Shown here: positions 1 through 9,826 of the stretch, in pieces | How positions within the stretch are numbered: the first letter of the stretch is position 1 | Layout: the number at the start of each line of letters is the position of its first letter | NCBI GenBank assembly: GCA_028824015.1 | Contig: JAPPFC010000030.1 | Span: forward strand, 98-64,097 | DNA: 64,000 nt | Origin: a bacterium | Lineage (GTDB): Bacteria; Actinomycetota; Acidimicrobiia; Spongiisociales; ZC4RG35 | Reading direction: 5' to 3' | Translations under genes and position numbers: made by a program | The notes under the pieces: generated by a model | Databases searched by the model: none | The model's input: the letters and a program-made list of their open reading frames with translations, nothing else | Told to the model about the DNA's origin: nothing

Positions 1-2923
1 AGTATTCGGGGTTTTCGGCACGAAGGTCGTCTGCTCTGAGCGTCAACCACTCTATGGCTCTTTTGCTTTCGTCCGGCGTGATATGAGGCACCTGGCTTGC
101 GGCAATACCAGCGAACTGCCCCACGGTTGTGGTGGCGAACGGCTCTTCGGCTGTTACTTCCCAGGAGCATGCCACATAAAGGACACCGGTCAACGCGTCC
201 AAACCGAAACCTAAGTTGTGTTGGAGGGCACGGTCTATTCCGGCGAGTTTCGGGTTTACCTCTCTGATTGGTCTTGGATCCTCGGGAGGGGGTTCTGCGC
301 CCCTGGTTGTTGAAGTAGTGATAGGGACAGGATCAGGAAGGGTTTCAGCAGCCCACTGGTGTTCGTATGCTCGCAAGTCCACGTCTGTAGGATCTGGGCT
401 TTCATCAATCACTATTTCGTAGAATTCGTCCACAGTGATGCTGGCACTGGTCAGACCAAGGTGGAGGGACTCGCTGCGTAAGCAGGAAGCGAAGGCAAGT
501 TCGGCAACACTGAGAGCCTCAATCCATAAGAATGGCTCCGGCTGGGAGTTACCGCAGGGCGGGCGGGCGAGGATCTCTTCGAGAATCAGCGAAATGGCCT
601 TTACGAGATTGAAAACTGCTCTTGGTTGCTCCTCTGTAGGATCGGTAGCTGGGTCGATGTGAACGGGGAACCCTCTTCTCGTAGCCAGACCCTCAAAGCC
701 CACCGTTCGTTTGTAGTTCGCTCGCTCAAGCTGTAACAGGGCCATTGCCACAAGCCCGTCGGCACTGTAGTGTTCCAAAACCTGGTGGAGTCGGGCAATC
801 AACCACGGGTATATGGTCATGCTCTCAAGGTTCTTCGCTCGATCGTCTCCATATCTTCCTGGCTCAACAGCGGAATAGACCAGGTGTTGACCCAACTCCT
901 GCATGACAGCCGATAGTTGCGAACGGTGGCTTCTAATGGGTTCGGGGTAGCCGGATGCTTGGTGTGGGACATCCACTCTGTCAAGCCGGACTCCCGGTGG
1001 TGCGTCATCCCATGCACCTGTGAAGGTATCCCTGGCCTCGGGGGAGTCAAAGACCTCAGACAATAGCCGACCGGTTAATTCCTCAATACCTAGCGAATCG
1101 TCCTCGAGGGCTTGGAACAGGTAATCGTTCCAACCCAGCGTCACAAGTTGACGGTTTCGCTGGACCACTCGGAGAGGCTGACCTACGCTGGCCTGGTGGT
1201 CGCTTACAAAGCCGATTTGAAGAGCCTGAAAATCAGTTACTTCGGCTGCCGATTGCAAGGCTTTTTCCATGTGCTTTAACTTCCATAGGATGCCAGTAGC
1301 GAAAGCTGACAAGTTGGGCCCACCCGCGGACGGATCGATGAAGTCAACCATGCTGACCGCCACAGGGACCGGCCGCGGCAACACATGGTATTCGATGCCT
1401 AGGTTCAGGTTCGCTAAATGCCATCCGTCATCGGTCTTGTCCACCATAGGCCAAGCGGATAGCCATGGAAATTCTAGAAGTGCTAACGCACGTTCCACCG
1501 CGGCCGATTCGGCTGCGGCCGACCACTGAGTTTCACCCCACATGGGATCGATGAATATGCCCGAGGGAGGTCTGCCGCCCAGAGGAAATGTTTTACCGCT
1601 GCTTCGCCACAATTCCCACGCGGCAACCAAGTCAGGAGAGAACACTTCTGTGGCAGCTTCCATTCTCGCGAAGTCGCGGAGGAAATACCAAAGGTCCTCG
1701 GAGCATCGAGCAGAGGTACGCACCAACCAAAGAAAACCCCGAAAATGGCAAGAGGGATGCCCCCCTAGAGACAAGTGTTTGTCGGGGTGAGCGGTTATTT
1801 GGAGGGTGAACACCTGGGCGTCAGGCTCGATTGGAAACGCTCCCGCGTCGGATACCAGGGCGGCTCCCGGAGCAATACGCCGCAGACTCTCGACACCTGT
1901 TTGCATTCTGTTCAAGAAAGAGGGTGGCGACAGGCCTGCAACGACATCCACAATGAGCACCTGACGAGGGGAATAAACAACTGCCCAGTGGGGAGGGGAT
2001 CCGTGAGAAGCTCTTACGGGTCCAAAGACGTGATGGCCAGAGCCCGCCAAAAGGTAAGCAACTCCCCGTTCCATCTTACGAATCCAACGATGTTCCACAG
2101 CAGGGTCAAGACTGTGAGCCTTCTCCGCCAGCGCCTCACCCATCTGGCAAAGAGAATCAACGAGCATGCCCGCAGGGACGGGCACATATTCCTCATGAGA
2201 CAATCGGACAGCCAGCAAGGCTCCGAAGGGGGCACCAACGCCGGATGAATCAAAGGACAGATCGTCGGGTGTTGCCGACAGGTATTCCAAGGCGCGTCGT
2301 ACCCGGTCGGGAAATCGGGATGCCCCGACCTGGTCGGAAATGTCCAGCAGAGTTGCCGCAGCAGCGAATTCCTCACCGGTAATGAACGGCGTTGCATCAA
2401 GTGACTCCTCGCGGCTTGACCAGGTCGGCTCAAGGACCGAGGCAACATGATCAACCCTTCTCAGCACCAACTCCACCACGTCTTCCAAACCGAATCCCAA
2501 ATGCTCAACGAGAACCGGATCGATAACGTTTGAAAGAAGGCGAAGACTCTCGACAACCTCTACCGGTTGCTCGAGAGATCCGGGCAGGAGCCGATACAGA
2601 TCCCCTCCCCAGCGAACCACCACCTCCAAGCGGGCATCATATGGAAGGAAGTCCTCCCGTTGCCACAGATTGGGATCTTCCCGGCGAGCAGCATCAACCA
2701 ACACCGGAAGGAGGGCTGGAGTGGCTTGCAGGGACCCCGACCTGGTCCGCCTTATGACAGAATCGAACACCAACTCCAGCGAGGCAAGACGGTGACAGGA
2801 TGTCGGCGAGACACTGGCAGCTTCCAACAGGGCCAGTAGCGACGAAAGAGACACTCCATCAGCAGCGTCACCAACAGACCCGGCAGCCCGCTCCCTAAGT
2901 CCTCCGCCACCACAATCAGTCAC
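1..2923 (-). CDS. Large hypothetical protein (>970 aa; C-terminus runs off the window at position 1). GTG start at 2923 preceded by GAGGA.
   Basis: I read the minus strand by hand. From the GTG at 2921-2923 there is one uninterrupted frame to position 1 with protein-like composition (e.g. ...LEQPVEVVESLRLLSNVIDPVLVEHLGFGLEDVVELVLRRVDHVASVLEPTW...). The ORF track does not list it, presumably because the ORF has no stop inside the window. GC is ~55%, against ~68% for the rest of the window. No family recognised. Confidence 0.55.
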   Translation of the reverse strand, partial: MTDCGGGGLRERAAGSVGDAADGVSLSSLLALLEAASVSPTSCHRLASLELVFDSVIRRTRSGSLQATPALLPVLVDAARREDPNLWQREDFLPYDARLEVVVRWGGDLYRLLPGSLEQPVEVVESLRLLSNVIDPVLVEHLGFGLEDVVELVLRRVDHVASVLEPTWSSREESLDATPFITGEEFAAAATLLDISDQVGASRFPDRVRRALEYLSATPDDLSFDSSGVGAPFGALLAVRLSHEEYVPVPAGMLVDSLCQMGEALAEKAHSLDPAVEHRWIRKMERGVAYLLAGSGHHVFGPVRASHGSPPHWAVVYSPRQVLIVDVVAGLSPPSFLNRMQTGVESLRRIAPGAALVSDAGAFPIEPDAQVFTLQITAHPDKHLSLGGHPSCHFRGFLWLVRTSARCSEDLWYFLRDFARMEAATEVFSPDLVAAWELWRSSGKTFPLGGRPPSGIFIDPMWGETQWSAAAESAAVERALALLEFPWLSAWPMVDKTDDGWHLANLNLGIEYHVLPRPVPVAVSMVDFIDPSAGGPNLSAFATGILWKLKHMEKALQSAAEVTDFQALQIGFVSDHQASVGQPLRVVQRNRQLVTLGWNDYLFQALEDDSLGIEELTGRLLSEVFDSPEARDTFTGAWDDAPPGVRLDRVDVPHQASGYPEPIRSHRSQLSAVMQELGQHLVYSAVEPGRYGDDRAKNLESMTIYPWLIARLHQVLEHYSADGLVAMALLQLERANYKRTVGFEGLATRRGFPVHIDPATDPTEEQPRAVFNLVKAISLILEEILARPPCGNSQPEPFLWIEALSVAELAFASCLRSESLHLGLTSASITVDEFYEIVIDESPDPTDVDLRAYEHQWAAETLPDPVPITTSTTRGAEPPPEDPRPIREVNPKLAGIDRALQHNLGFGLDALTGVLYVACSWEVTAEEPFATTTVGQFAGIAASQVPHITPDESKRAIEWLTLRADDLRAENPEY

Positions 2924-3235
2924 TGTTCATCCTCAAGTATGCCGTTTCGGGACCTAACCGAACTCTCTGCCATGTGAAGGGACCCACCCCCCACTACGGC
3001 TCCTGACTCCACCCAAGCATCCCCCTGACGAAGACACCAGAAGGCTGCTCAGAATTCATCCGGTTTAGGGATGCTGGTGATCAAAGTGGGTCTCCTCGCA
3101 ACCCAGCCGCCTCCGCCAAATACCCGAAACCCTCCATGCCGTGCGAGGTGCAAGGTTCCACCCGCTTCGTGGTCACAGCGTAGTTCCGCTCCCCACGGAA
3201 AAAACTACCCTGCGTAGCCTGCCCGGCCTGGCGGC

Positions 3236-3790
3236 TCATATGGCGCCGCTGAACATCAAGCCAAAGATTGCTAGTAGCACTGCAGCGACGATGGTAGTTC
3301 CAACCACGATCCTTGCCGCCGTTTCCCTCGCCCAAGCCGCACCCGCGGTGTCAGCGGTGCGAGTCATGCCCCAAATGCCCGCCAGCACGGTCCAGGCACC
3401 GGTGCAGATCGCCCACCACATAACACCCAAACACCAGGCTCGGCCGTCACAGGGTGATGGGCCCCCAGACAGGATGCTCAAACCGATTAACGCCCCCACC
3501 GCAAAGGAGGCGGAGATCGCCATCAGCACTCCGCCGTAGCGCTCCACCACCTCGGTATAGCGCGCCGAGCCGTAGGACGCAACCGGCCCGCCGCACAGCA
3601 GCATGCCGAATAACGGCGGCACCACCACCACCGCATGCACTAGGTCGGGTACCCACTCCTGGGTACTAAGGGCCCACAAGAGCCCTACCACTCCTCCATA
3701 CCGGAACGCCCACCGCAAATAGGCCGCCATCATCTGATCTGGCACCTCGGCCAGCCACTCGACAAACTGCCCCAGCCACTGCCAGATCAT
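3236..3790 (-). CDS. Hypothetical multi-pass membrane protein
   Basis: 184-aa ORF with several hydrophobic helices (GGVVGLLWAL..., VLAGIWGM..., IVVGTTIVAAVLLAIFGLMF). It lies directly upstream of, and co-oriented with, the large ORF at 1-2923, inside the low-GC island. Confidence 0.45.
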   Translation of the reverse strand: MIWQWLGQFVEWLAEVPDQMMAAYLRWAFRYGGVVGLLWALSTQEWVPDLVHAVVVVPPLFGMLLCGGPVASYGSARYTEVVERYGGVLMAISASFAVGALIGLSILSGGPSPCDGRAWCLGVMWWAICTGAWTVLAGIWGMTRTADTAGAAWARETAARIVVGTTIVAAVLLAIFGLMFSGAI

Positions 3791-4417
3791 CGCAGCCGCC
3801 TTTCAGGCGGACTATCAAACCAGAAAGCAACCTCGTTAACGGCCGCCTCCCCCGACATTCGTGTAAGTTTCGAGGACGGCTCGGGTCCGGTGGCGGCTCT
3901 TGGCCTGATCGCGGACAGTACCCCACCAGACCCTGCACAAGAATCCGGTCAGTGATCCAAGTATACGGTTTCGCATCCCGCCACCACTGCCATCACCACC
4001 GCTGGAACAGCCCGGCACCACATCCGCCTCTAATTCTGTCACCGGCAACTCCATACGGATCTTCTCCTCAAGGAAGAAAACACCCTCCAATACACCACCT
4101 TCTTGTTAGCGGCGGTACTCGGATCGCACGACAGATACGGCTCCACCGCTTCCGGCCAGGCCAAGCGGGCAGACCTCACCCGCCACATCGCTAATCCCTG
4201 CAAACACTTCATCGACTCCCACTTCCCGCATCCTCCCTTTGTTGGTCCGATTTGTGATCTCGCTTCACGCAGCAAGCGTAATCGCGAAACGCCATCTAAC
4301 GCGGCAACTGCCCAGCGGGATTGTTCCAAGACATAGCGTAGAGATGCGGAGCAAGGAACCAGCGGCGTCGAATCTCGCCGCCTAAGTTGGTCTAAATCTG
4401 GCGTATCCCGACGTTAA

Positions 4418-4858
4418 CTACGGATTGTAGAAGTGCCATATGTTGAAGGCTGTCCCCTCTCCCAGTGTCGACGCTATTTGGTAGAGCGCGGCATCTGCAG
4501 TTACAAGAGGACGCTGGGGAGATATCTTCTCCAAAAGCACTGCATCGGCGAGGCCGACCTCCAAGTAGTAGGGGTTGCCGGCGGCCTCCCTACTCTCGAC
4601 TACCACCTCCTCACTCTCTTCGATTAGCTGACGCAGGCGCACCAGAAAACGAGCATCATCGGAGGCCTTTAGCAGATTGCAGGCCTCCGTAAGCGTGTTT
4701 GGAGTTACGATCACATGAGCAGTTACCTCAATGGCTCGCAACAGGGCGTCGTATTGTTCCGGCACGAAATTACGGGTTCTGCGATGCTTTCGAATCAGGG
4801 ATCTACTCACAGAGCCCACCACCAGTAGGACGAGTAGGTTGGCGTCGATAAACATCAA
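4418..4858 (-). CDS. PIN-domain protein (VapC-like putative toxin)
   Basis: 146 aa. N-terminal MMFIDANLLVLL has the conserved first Asp. Acidic residues are spaced as in PIN domains (D5, E in TEACNLL, D in GLADAV, D in VTADAAL). Its start overlaps the upstream small ORF by ATGA. Confidence 0.45.
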   Translation of the reverse strand: MMFIDANLLVLLVVGSVSRSLIRKHRRTRNFVPEQYDALLRAIEVTAHVIVTPNTLTEACNLLKASDDARFLVRLRQLIEESEEVVVESREAAGNPYYLEVGLADAVLLEKISPQRPLVTADAALYQIASTLGEGTAFNIWHFYNP

Positions 4859-5127
4859 CCCGAGGGATTGTCTCGATTCTTGACCGAAAGGACCTCACCC
4901 CGGCTATCCATCTCTACTACCTTGTGATACCGAGTACGTCCTCCGAAAGCCACCGCAATAGCATCCCCGCCACTTGAAAGCGGCCTCAAGAAGCTAACGG
5001 TGACTTTCCATCCGTCACCATAGGTCGCGAACACGACCTCCTCCAGACGAAGTTCCCCAACCCCTTCTCCAGCGAACACCTCTCCGACGGTCGCTTTTGC
5101 TTTCTTCACAGCCTCGGCTAAATCCAT
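4855..5127 (-). CDS. Small protein upstream of, and overlapping, the PIN gene (putative antitoxin partner)
   Basis: 90-aa ORF. Its stop overlaps the PIN start by 4 nt (translational coupling). Sequence not recognisable as RHH/AbrB/Phd. Confidence 0.35.
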   Translation of the reverse strand: MDLAEAVKKAKATVGEVFAGEGVGELRLEEVVFATYGDGWKVTVSFLRPLSSGGDAIAVAFGGRTRYHKVVEMDSRGEVLSVKNRDNPSG

Positions 5128-5713
5128 CCCTCTCTCATCTTACCCATTCCCTAGGGTGTGGCCGCCATCCCGATCTTCAGTCGAACCCGGCAGAAGGGTC
5201 GTGTCCCGCATGACGTGGACCCGGGAGGGAGGGCTTTGTAGGGCGAAGCTCGCTGATGGGACGGATCACATAGGGAGGCTCCGCACACGCGATTACTTCC
5301 CTTCCCGATAGCCCGCTGTCTTTAGCGCCCCTGCCTCGGTTAGCTGGTTCACAGCCGAGCCAACGACGACCGGAGGCCGACCGTTCATCCCAACGACCGA
5401 CGAAACGGTGAAGGTCGGACTTGCAGGGAACACGGCATTGAAGACACCGTAGGATTCGTGATGGCGATCATTGAAATTCCACTCCATACTTGAGTGGGCC
5501 CCTGGGCTGGGGCGGGTCTGACCCGATCGAAATTCGGCTTGGTGCCTTTTCTGGGATCTGTCGGCCTGCTCCCGGCCTGGGGGTGGGTAGTTCCCCTGAC
5601 AGAGCGGATGTGACCTGATAGGAGCCTTGCTCTTGCCACCGGAGTGGTCTGTCCACCGCTTTTTCAGGTCAAGGGGAAACAGGTAGCGGATTCTAGGAGA
5701 GGAGAAGAGGCTC

Positions 5714-6937
5714 ATGGCAGAGGATGATCGGGTTGTGTTCGGTGGGGTGGACACCCATCGAGATGTTCATGTCGCAGCGGTGGTGGATACGGCCGGTCGG
5801 GTGTTGGCGTCATCGCCGTTCCGAGCCGACGCCGCCGGCTATGAACAACTGCGTGACTGGCTGGGGTCACACGGCAATCTTGCCCGGGTCGGTGTGGAGG
5901 GTACCGGCAGCTACGGCGCCGGTTTGGCCCGCCATCTTATGAGAGTCGGTGTTGAGGTAGTGGAAGTGAACCGTCCGAACCGGCAGCTCCGCCGCCGGTA
6001 CGGCAAGACCGACACCACCGACGCCCAGGCCGCAGCGCGGGCGGCTCTGAACGGGCAGGCCAGCGGGGTGCCCAAAAGCAGCGATGGACCAGTCGAGGGG
6101 ATCAGGATGCTGTCGGTGGCTCGTCGTTAGGCGATCAAGGCCCGCACACAGGCCATCAACCAGATTCATGCTCTGGTGGTTACTGCTCCCGACCAGGTCA
6201 AACACCACCTATCGGGTCTTTCCCCAAAAGCCCGTGTCAAGGTCTGTGCCGCGTTCCGGCCTGGCACCGCTGACACCACCACCCGACACGCCAAACAGGC
6301 CCTACGACTGTTGGCCCGCCGATACCAGACCCTCACCGCAGAGATCAAAGAGATGGACACCGAGATCCGGCGTCTCTGCGCACAGGCCAATCCCGCGCTG
6401 TTAGCCACCCCCGGTGTAGGTCCTGACATCGCCGCCCCGCTGCTAATCGCCGCCGGTGACAACCCCGAACGGATGACCACAGAAGCGTCCTTCGCCGCGT
6501 TGTGCGGTGTGAGCCCCGTCCAGGCGTCCTCGGGCCATATCGTCCGCCATCGCTTGAACCGGGGTGGAAACCGCCAGGCCAACCAGGCGCTGTGGCGAAT
6601 AGCCACTATCCGCACCGTTAGAGACCAGCGCACCATCGCCTATGTGAAGAAACGCAAAGCAGAAGGCAAAACCCGCCGAGAGATCATCCGCTGCCTCAAA
6701 CGGCACATCGCCAGAGAGATCTATTACCTGTTGACCAACCCCCCGCCAACACCCTCCGGCGCCGATCTCCGCTGTCTACGCCGAAACGCCCAAACGACCC
6801 TTGCTCAGGCCGCCACCGCCCTCCACAGCCACGCCACGCGCATTTCACGACTCGAAAGAGGCCTCGACCACAACCACCAACTCGCTACCCGATACCACCA
6901 CTGGCTCACCACCCCCAAACCCGATTTGACAACATAG
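5714..6937 (+). mobile_element. IS110-family transposase gene interrupted by an in-frame TAG at 6128-6130 (N-terminal DEDD part 5714-6130; C-terminal part 6131/6176-6937)
   Basis: N-terminal GGVDTHRDVHVAAVVDTAGRVL...GVEGTGSYGAGLARHL is the IS110 DEDD catalytic region. Downstream ...PGVGPDIAAPLLIAAGDNPERMTTEASFAALCGVSPVQASSGHIVRHRLNRGGNRQANQALW... is the IS110 C-terminal domain. Both parts are in the same reading frame (5714 and 6176 both = 2 mod 3). The residues just after the stop (AIKARTQAINQIHALV) are the expected conserved linker. Confidence 0.8.
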
Positions 6938-6971
6938 GCGCATCCCACCCTGGGTTTGGTGGTTTTAGGCT

Positions 6972-7700
6972 AGCGGGTCTCCTTTCGGTCGGTGTTTTCT
7001 GGCTTGTGCTTGGTATGAGCGGAGGCGGTAGCTGTCGCCGGTGATGGTGAACACCACGCTTTTGTGGAGGAGTCGGTCGAGATGATGTCACGCCGAGGTT
7101 GGTGGTGAGGATGATCGATCCTTTCTGGTATCGGCGCGAGATCACTTGGAACAGTGTGGCGGCGTCTTCTGCCGGCATTGGGAGATAACCGAGTTCGTCG
7201 ATGATCAACACTTTCGGGGTGTTGAAGAACCGCATGGTTCTGGCCCATCGTCCTTGTAGGGCTGCTTTGCGGCAGCGTGCGGCCAGGTCGGCTGCGGTGG
7301 TGTAGTACACCTTGTGTCCGGTGTCCACCGCAGCCCGTCCGAGGATGACCGCCAGCATGGTTTTGCCTACTCCTGGTGGTCCGATGAATAACACGTTGGT
7401 GGCGTCAGCCAGATACGCCCCGGTGACCAGTTCCCGTATGAGTTTCTCGTTGATGCTGGGTTGTGCTCCGAAGTCGAAGTCTTCCAGTTTCCATCGGGTG
7501 GGGAAGTTCGCCAGTTTCAACCGGGTTGCCCATCGGCGGTGTTCGGCGGTTTCCACCTCGACCCGCAACAGCTCCTCGAGGAACTCGGTATGACCCGCAC
7601 GGTTCTGTCGTGCCCGTTCCAGGTGGGTGGGGAGCGCCTCGGCAGCAGCCGCCAGGTTCAGGTAGGCCAAATGTGAGAGGAAGGACTCTGCGCCAAGCAA
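6972..7700 (-). pseudogene. istB: IstB-like ATP-binding helper of an IS21-family element; frameshifted near the C-terminus and lacking a cognate istA
   Basis: Walker A GPPGVGKT, Walker B LIIDELGYLP and IILTTNL match IstB. The conserved tail SVVFTITGDSYRLRS sits in a different frame from ~7090. The next upstream gene on this strand is pfkA, not istA. Confidence 0.6.
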
Positions 7701-7833
7701 AGGTGACGGAGATTTGACTGGGGAGCCGTTTGTGGCTCCCTGGAGCGGTGTGAAGGCACCCTGGTCCCAAGAAACCCGCTGCCTTAGGTCTTGTGTAAGA
7801 CGCAGACGCGGTACGGTCCGTTACTGCCGATCC

Positions 7834-8949
7834 TCAGAACGCCATGGCGCCGTGGATGGCCTCCAGGCGATGGATCCGTTCGTTCTGGAGGTCTGAGGTC
7901 CCCTCGGTGAGGAGTTGGGTCTCCTGAAGGACGGAGTCGAGCGGGAAGAGCTTCACGAATGCGTCGCTGGTGGGCTCTCCCCGATCGGAAGTCGACCAGC
8001 ACACCATCACTCCCGATCTGCCGGCCAGGATGGCCTGGACGGCGACCAATCCGAACCGACTGGCCAACATCCGGTCGCGAAAGGTCGGGTTCCCGCCCCT
8101 TACGATGTGGCCGAGGACGGTCGCCCTGACCTCCACGTGTTGCAGGTCGGCCACCGCTTCCGACAACTCCGCCACCAAGGCTTCGGTCGGAATCTTCACC
8201 CCCTCGGCCTTCAGGACCAGCACTCGCCTCTTCTGCCGGCGCCCCGAAAAGCTGTGGCGGACCAGGCGTTCCAGCCTCTTCACCACCTCCGTGCGCTCCG
8301 GGTTCTTCTCGGGGAGCAAGACCGCATCGGCACCGGTAGCGACGGCGCCCGCCAGAGCCAGGTATCCGCAGTCGCGCCCCATCACTTCCACGATGAAGGC
8401 GCGATGATGGGACCGGGCGGTGTCGCTGATCCGGTCGCAGGCATCCAGGATGGTGTTCAGCGCGGTGTCGACCCCCACGGATTCGCGGCTGTGGCCGATG
8501 TCGTTATCGATCGAGGCCGGGATGCCCACCACCGCCAACCCGTGTTCCGACCAGAGTGCATGGGCTCCCTCCATGGATCCGTTTCCGCCAATGACCAACA
8601 GCGCCTCCACCCCGCTGTCCCGCATCACCCGAGCAGCGTGGCGTCGGTGCTCCGGATCGAAGAAGCGTGTGGAGCGTCCCGTGCCCAGCATGGTCCCCCC
8701 CTGCCCTCCGACTCTGGGAAGTTCAGGGATGGGCGCCAGTCCTCCCGAGTGTGGATCGGTTTGGACCAGAGGTCGGAACTTCCCATTGATCAGTCCCTCG
8801 TATCCCCCTTCCACTCCCACCACCTCAGCTCCGGCCGACGCCGCCACCTGCACGGCCGAGACGATGGCGGCGTTCATTCCGGGAGCGTCGCCTCCCGAGG
8901 TCAGGACGGCCATCTTGCCGATCTGGGGTCTGACGGTGTTACAGGGCAA
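7834..8949 (-). CDS. pfkA: ATP-dependent 6-phosphofructokinase
   Basis: MAVLTSGGDAPGMNAAI..., GGDGS-type motifs (VIGGNGSMEGA), MGRDCGYLAL. The real start may be the internal Met at ~8913. Confidence 0.85.
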   Translation of the reverse strand: MPCNTVRPQIGKMAVLTSGGDAPGMNAAIVSAVQVAASAGAEVVGVEGGYEGLINGKFRPLVQTDPHSGGLAPIPELPRVGGQGGTMLGTGRSTRFFDPEHRRHAARVMRDSGVEALLVIGGNGSMEGAHALWSEHGLAVVGIPASIDNDIGHSRESVGVDTALNTILDACDRISDTARSHHRAFIVEVMGRDCGYLALAGAVATGADAVLLPEKNPERTEVVKRLERLVRHSFSGRRQKRRVLVLKAEGVKIPTEALVAELSEAVADLQHVEVRATVLGHIVRGGNPTFRDRMLASRFGLVAVQAILAGRSGVMVCWSTSDRGEPTSDAFVKLFPLDSVLQETQLLTEGTSDLQNERIHRLEAIHGAMAF

Positions 8950-9075
8950 AGGGATCAGGGGGGTGTAGCGGGCGTCTCCTCAGGAATCAGGGTCTCACTT
9001 TACCCGGCCCTGCTCCCCTCCCCCGGTGGCGGCGTCTGCCGGTCCCGACCCCTTGGGGTTGTTAACCTTCGCCAG

Positions 9076-9738
9076 ATGACAGGTTTGCCGCCCGGGCGCC
9101 GGGTTGCAGTGTTCGCAGGCGGCGACTCACCCCCGGTCCAGGCCGCACGGTGGATTCCTGGAGGGACGTTCGTCATAGCCGCCGATTCGGGGCTCGACCA
9201 CGCTCACCGTTTGGGCTTCGACGCCGACCTGCTGGTGGGCGACCTTGACTCTGTGTCCCTGGGCGCTTCCGATCGCCACCGCGGAGAGGTGGAGGAGCAC
9301 TCGGAACACAAGGACCACACCGACCTGGAGTTGGCGTTGGAGGCAGGGCGGAGGAGAGCCGACGTCATGGTGGTGGTGGGCGGTCACGGAGGGCGACTGG
9401 ACCACCTGCTGGCCAATGCCGAGTTGCTGGGCGACCACCGTTGGGCTGGTTCGGAGATACTGTGGCTGGCCGGTGAGGATCTGGCGACCGTGGTCCGCCA
9501 TCGGGCCACGCTCCACGGGAGACCCGGAGACTTGGTGTCCCTCATTCCCGTGGGCGGTCACGCCATCGGTGTCACCACCAAGGGTCTACAGTGGTCCCTG
9601 CAGGAGGCCACCCTGGCGGCCGGAAGCACCCGGGGCGTTTCCAACCGGTTGACGGGCACCGTAGCCGAACTCGCCGTTCGCCAAGGGGTGCTGCTGGCTG
9701 TTCAACCGGGCGCAGTCCTGACCGGACCTGGGACTTAA
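9076..9738 (+). CDS. Thiamine pyrophosphokinase
   Basis: Motifs GDLDS, KDHTDLELAL, GGHGGRLDH, SLIP, TTKGLQWSL. This is the C-terminal in-frame part of the long spurious ORF 7915-9738. ATG at 9076. Confidence 0.7.
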   Translation: MTGLPPGRRVAVFAGGDSPPVQAARWIPGGTFVIAADSGLDHAHRLGFDADLLVGDLDSVSLGASDRHRGEVEEHSEHKDHTDLELALEAGRRRADVMVVVGGHGGRLDHLLANAELLGDHRWAGSEILWLAGEDLATVVRHRATLHGRPGDLVSLIPVGGHAIGVTTKGLQWSLQEATLAAGSTRGVSNRLTGTVAELAVRQGVLLAVQPGAVLTGPGT

Positions 9739-9826
9739 CCTTCAGCCAGAGACTGTGTCTATTTCTTGACTACATGGTTACTGTTGGCGATCCCGGAGCA
9801 ACGAGGCGAGGGCCTTCGGGCTCCTT

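Noticed and set aside
1-2923. Impression that the first 2.9 kb is non-coding
   Set aside because: Direct reading shows a continuous frame. The gap in the ORF track is consistent with an ORF open to the window edge.
5293-5754. 153-aa minus-strand ORF upstream of the IS110 transposase
   Set aside because: Low-complexity, Ser/Pro/Arg-rich, no RBS. Most likely part of the IS 5' region, not a gene.
6970-7248. 92-aa minus-strand ORF
   Set aside because: Alternative frame of the frameshifted istB 3' end, not a separate gene.
7770-7805. Small hairpin GTCTT-GTGT-AAGAC downstream of pfkA as a terminator
   Set aside because: 5-bp stem with no U-tract. Too weak to call.
7915-9075. N-terminal ~390 codons of the 607-aa plus-strand ORF
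   Set aside because: Antisense to pfkA. Gly/Arg/Pro-rich, high-GC shadow ORF. Only the 3' part from the ATG at 9076 carries real thiamine pyrophosphokinase motifs.
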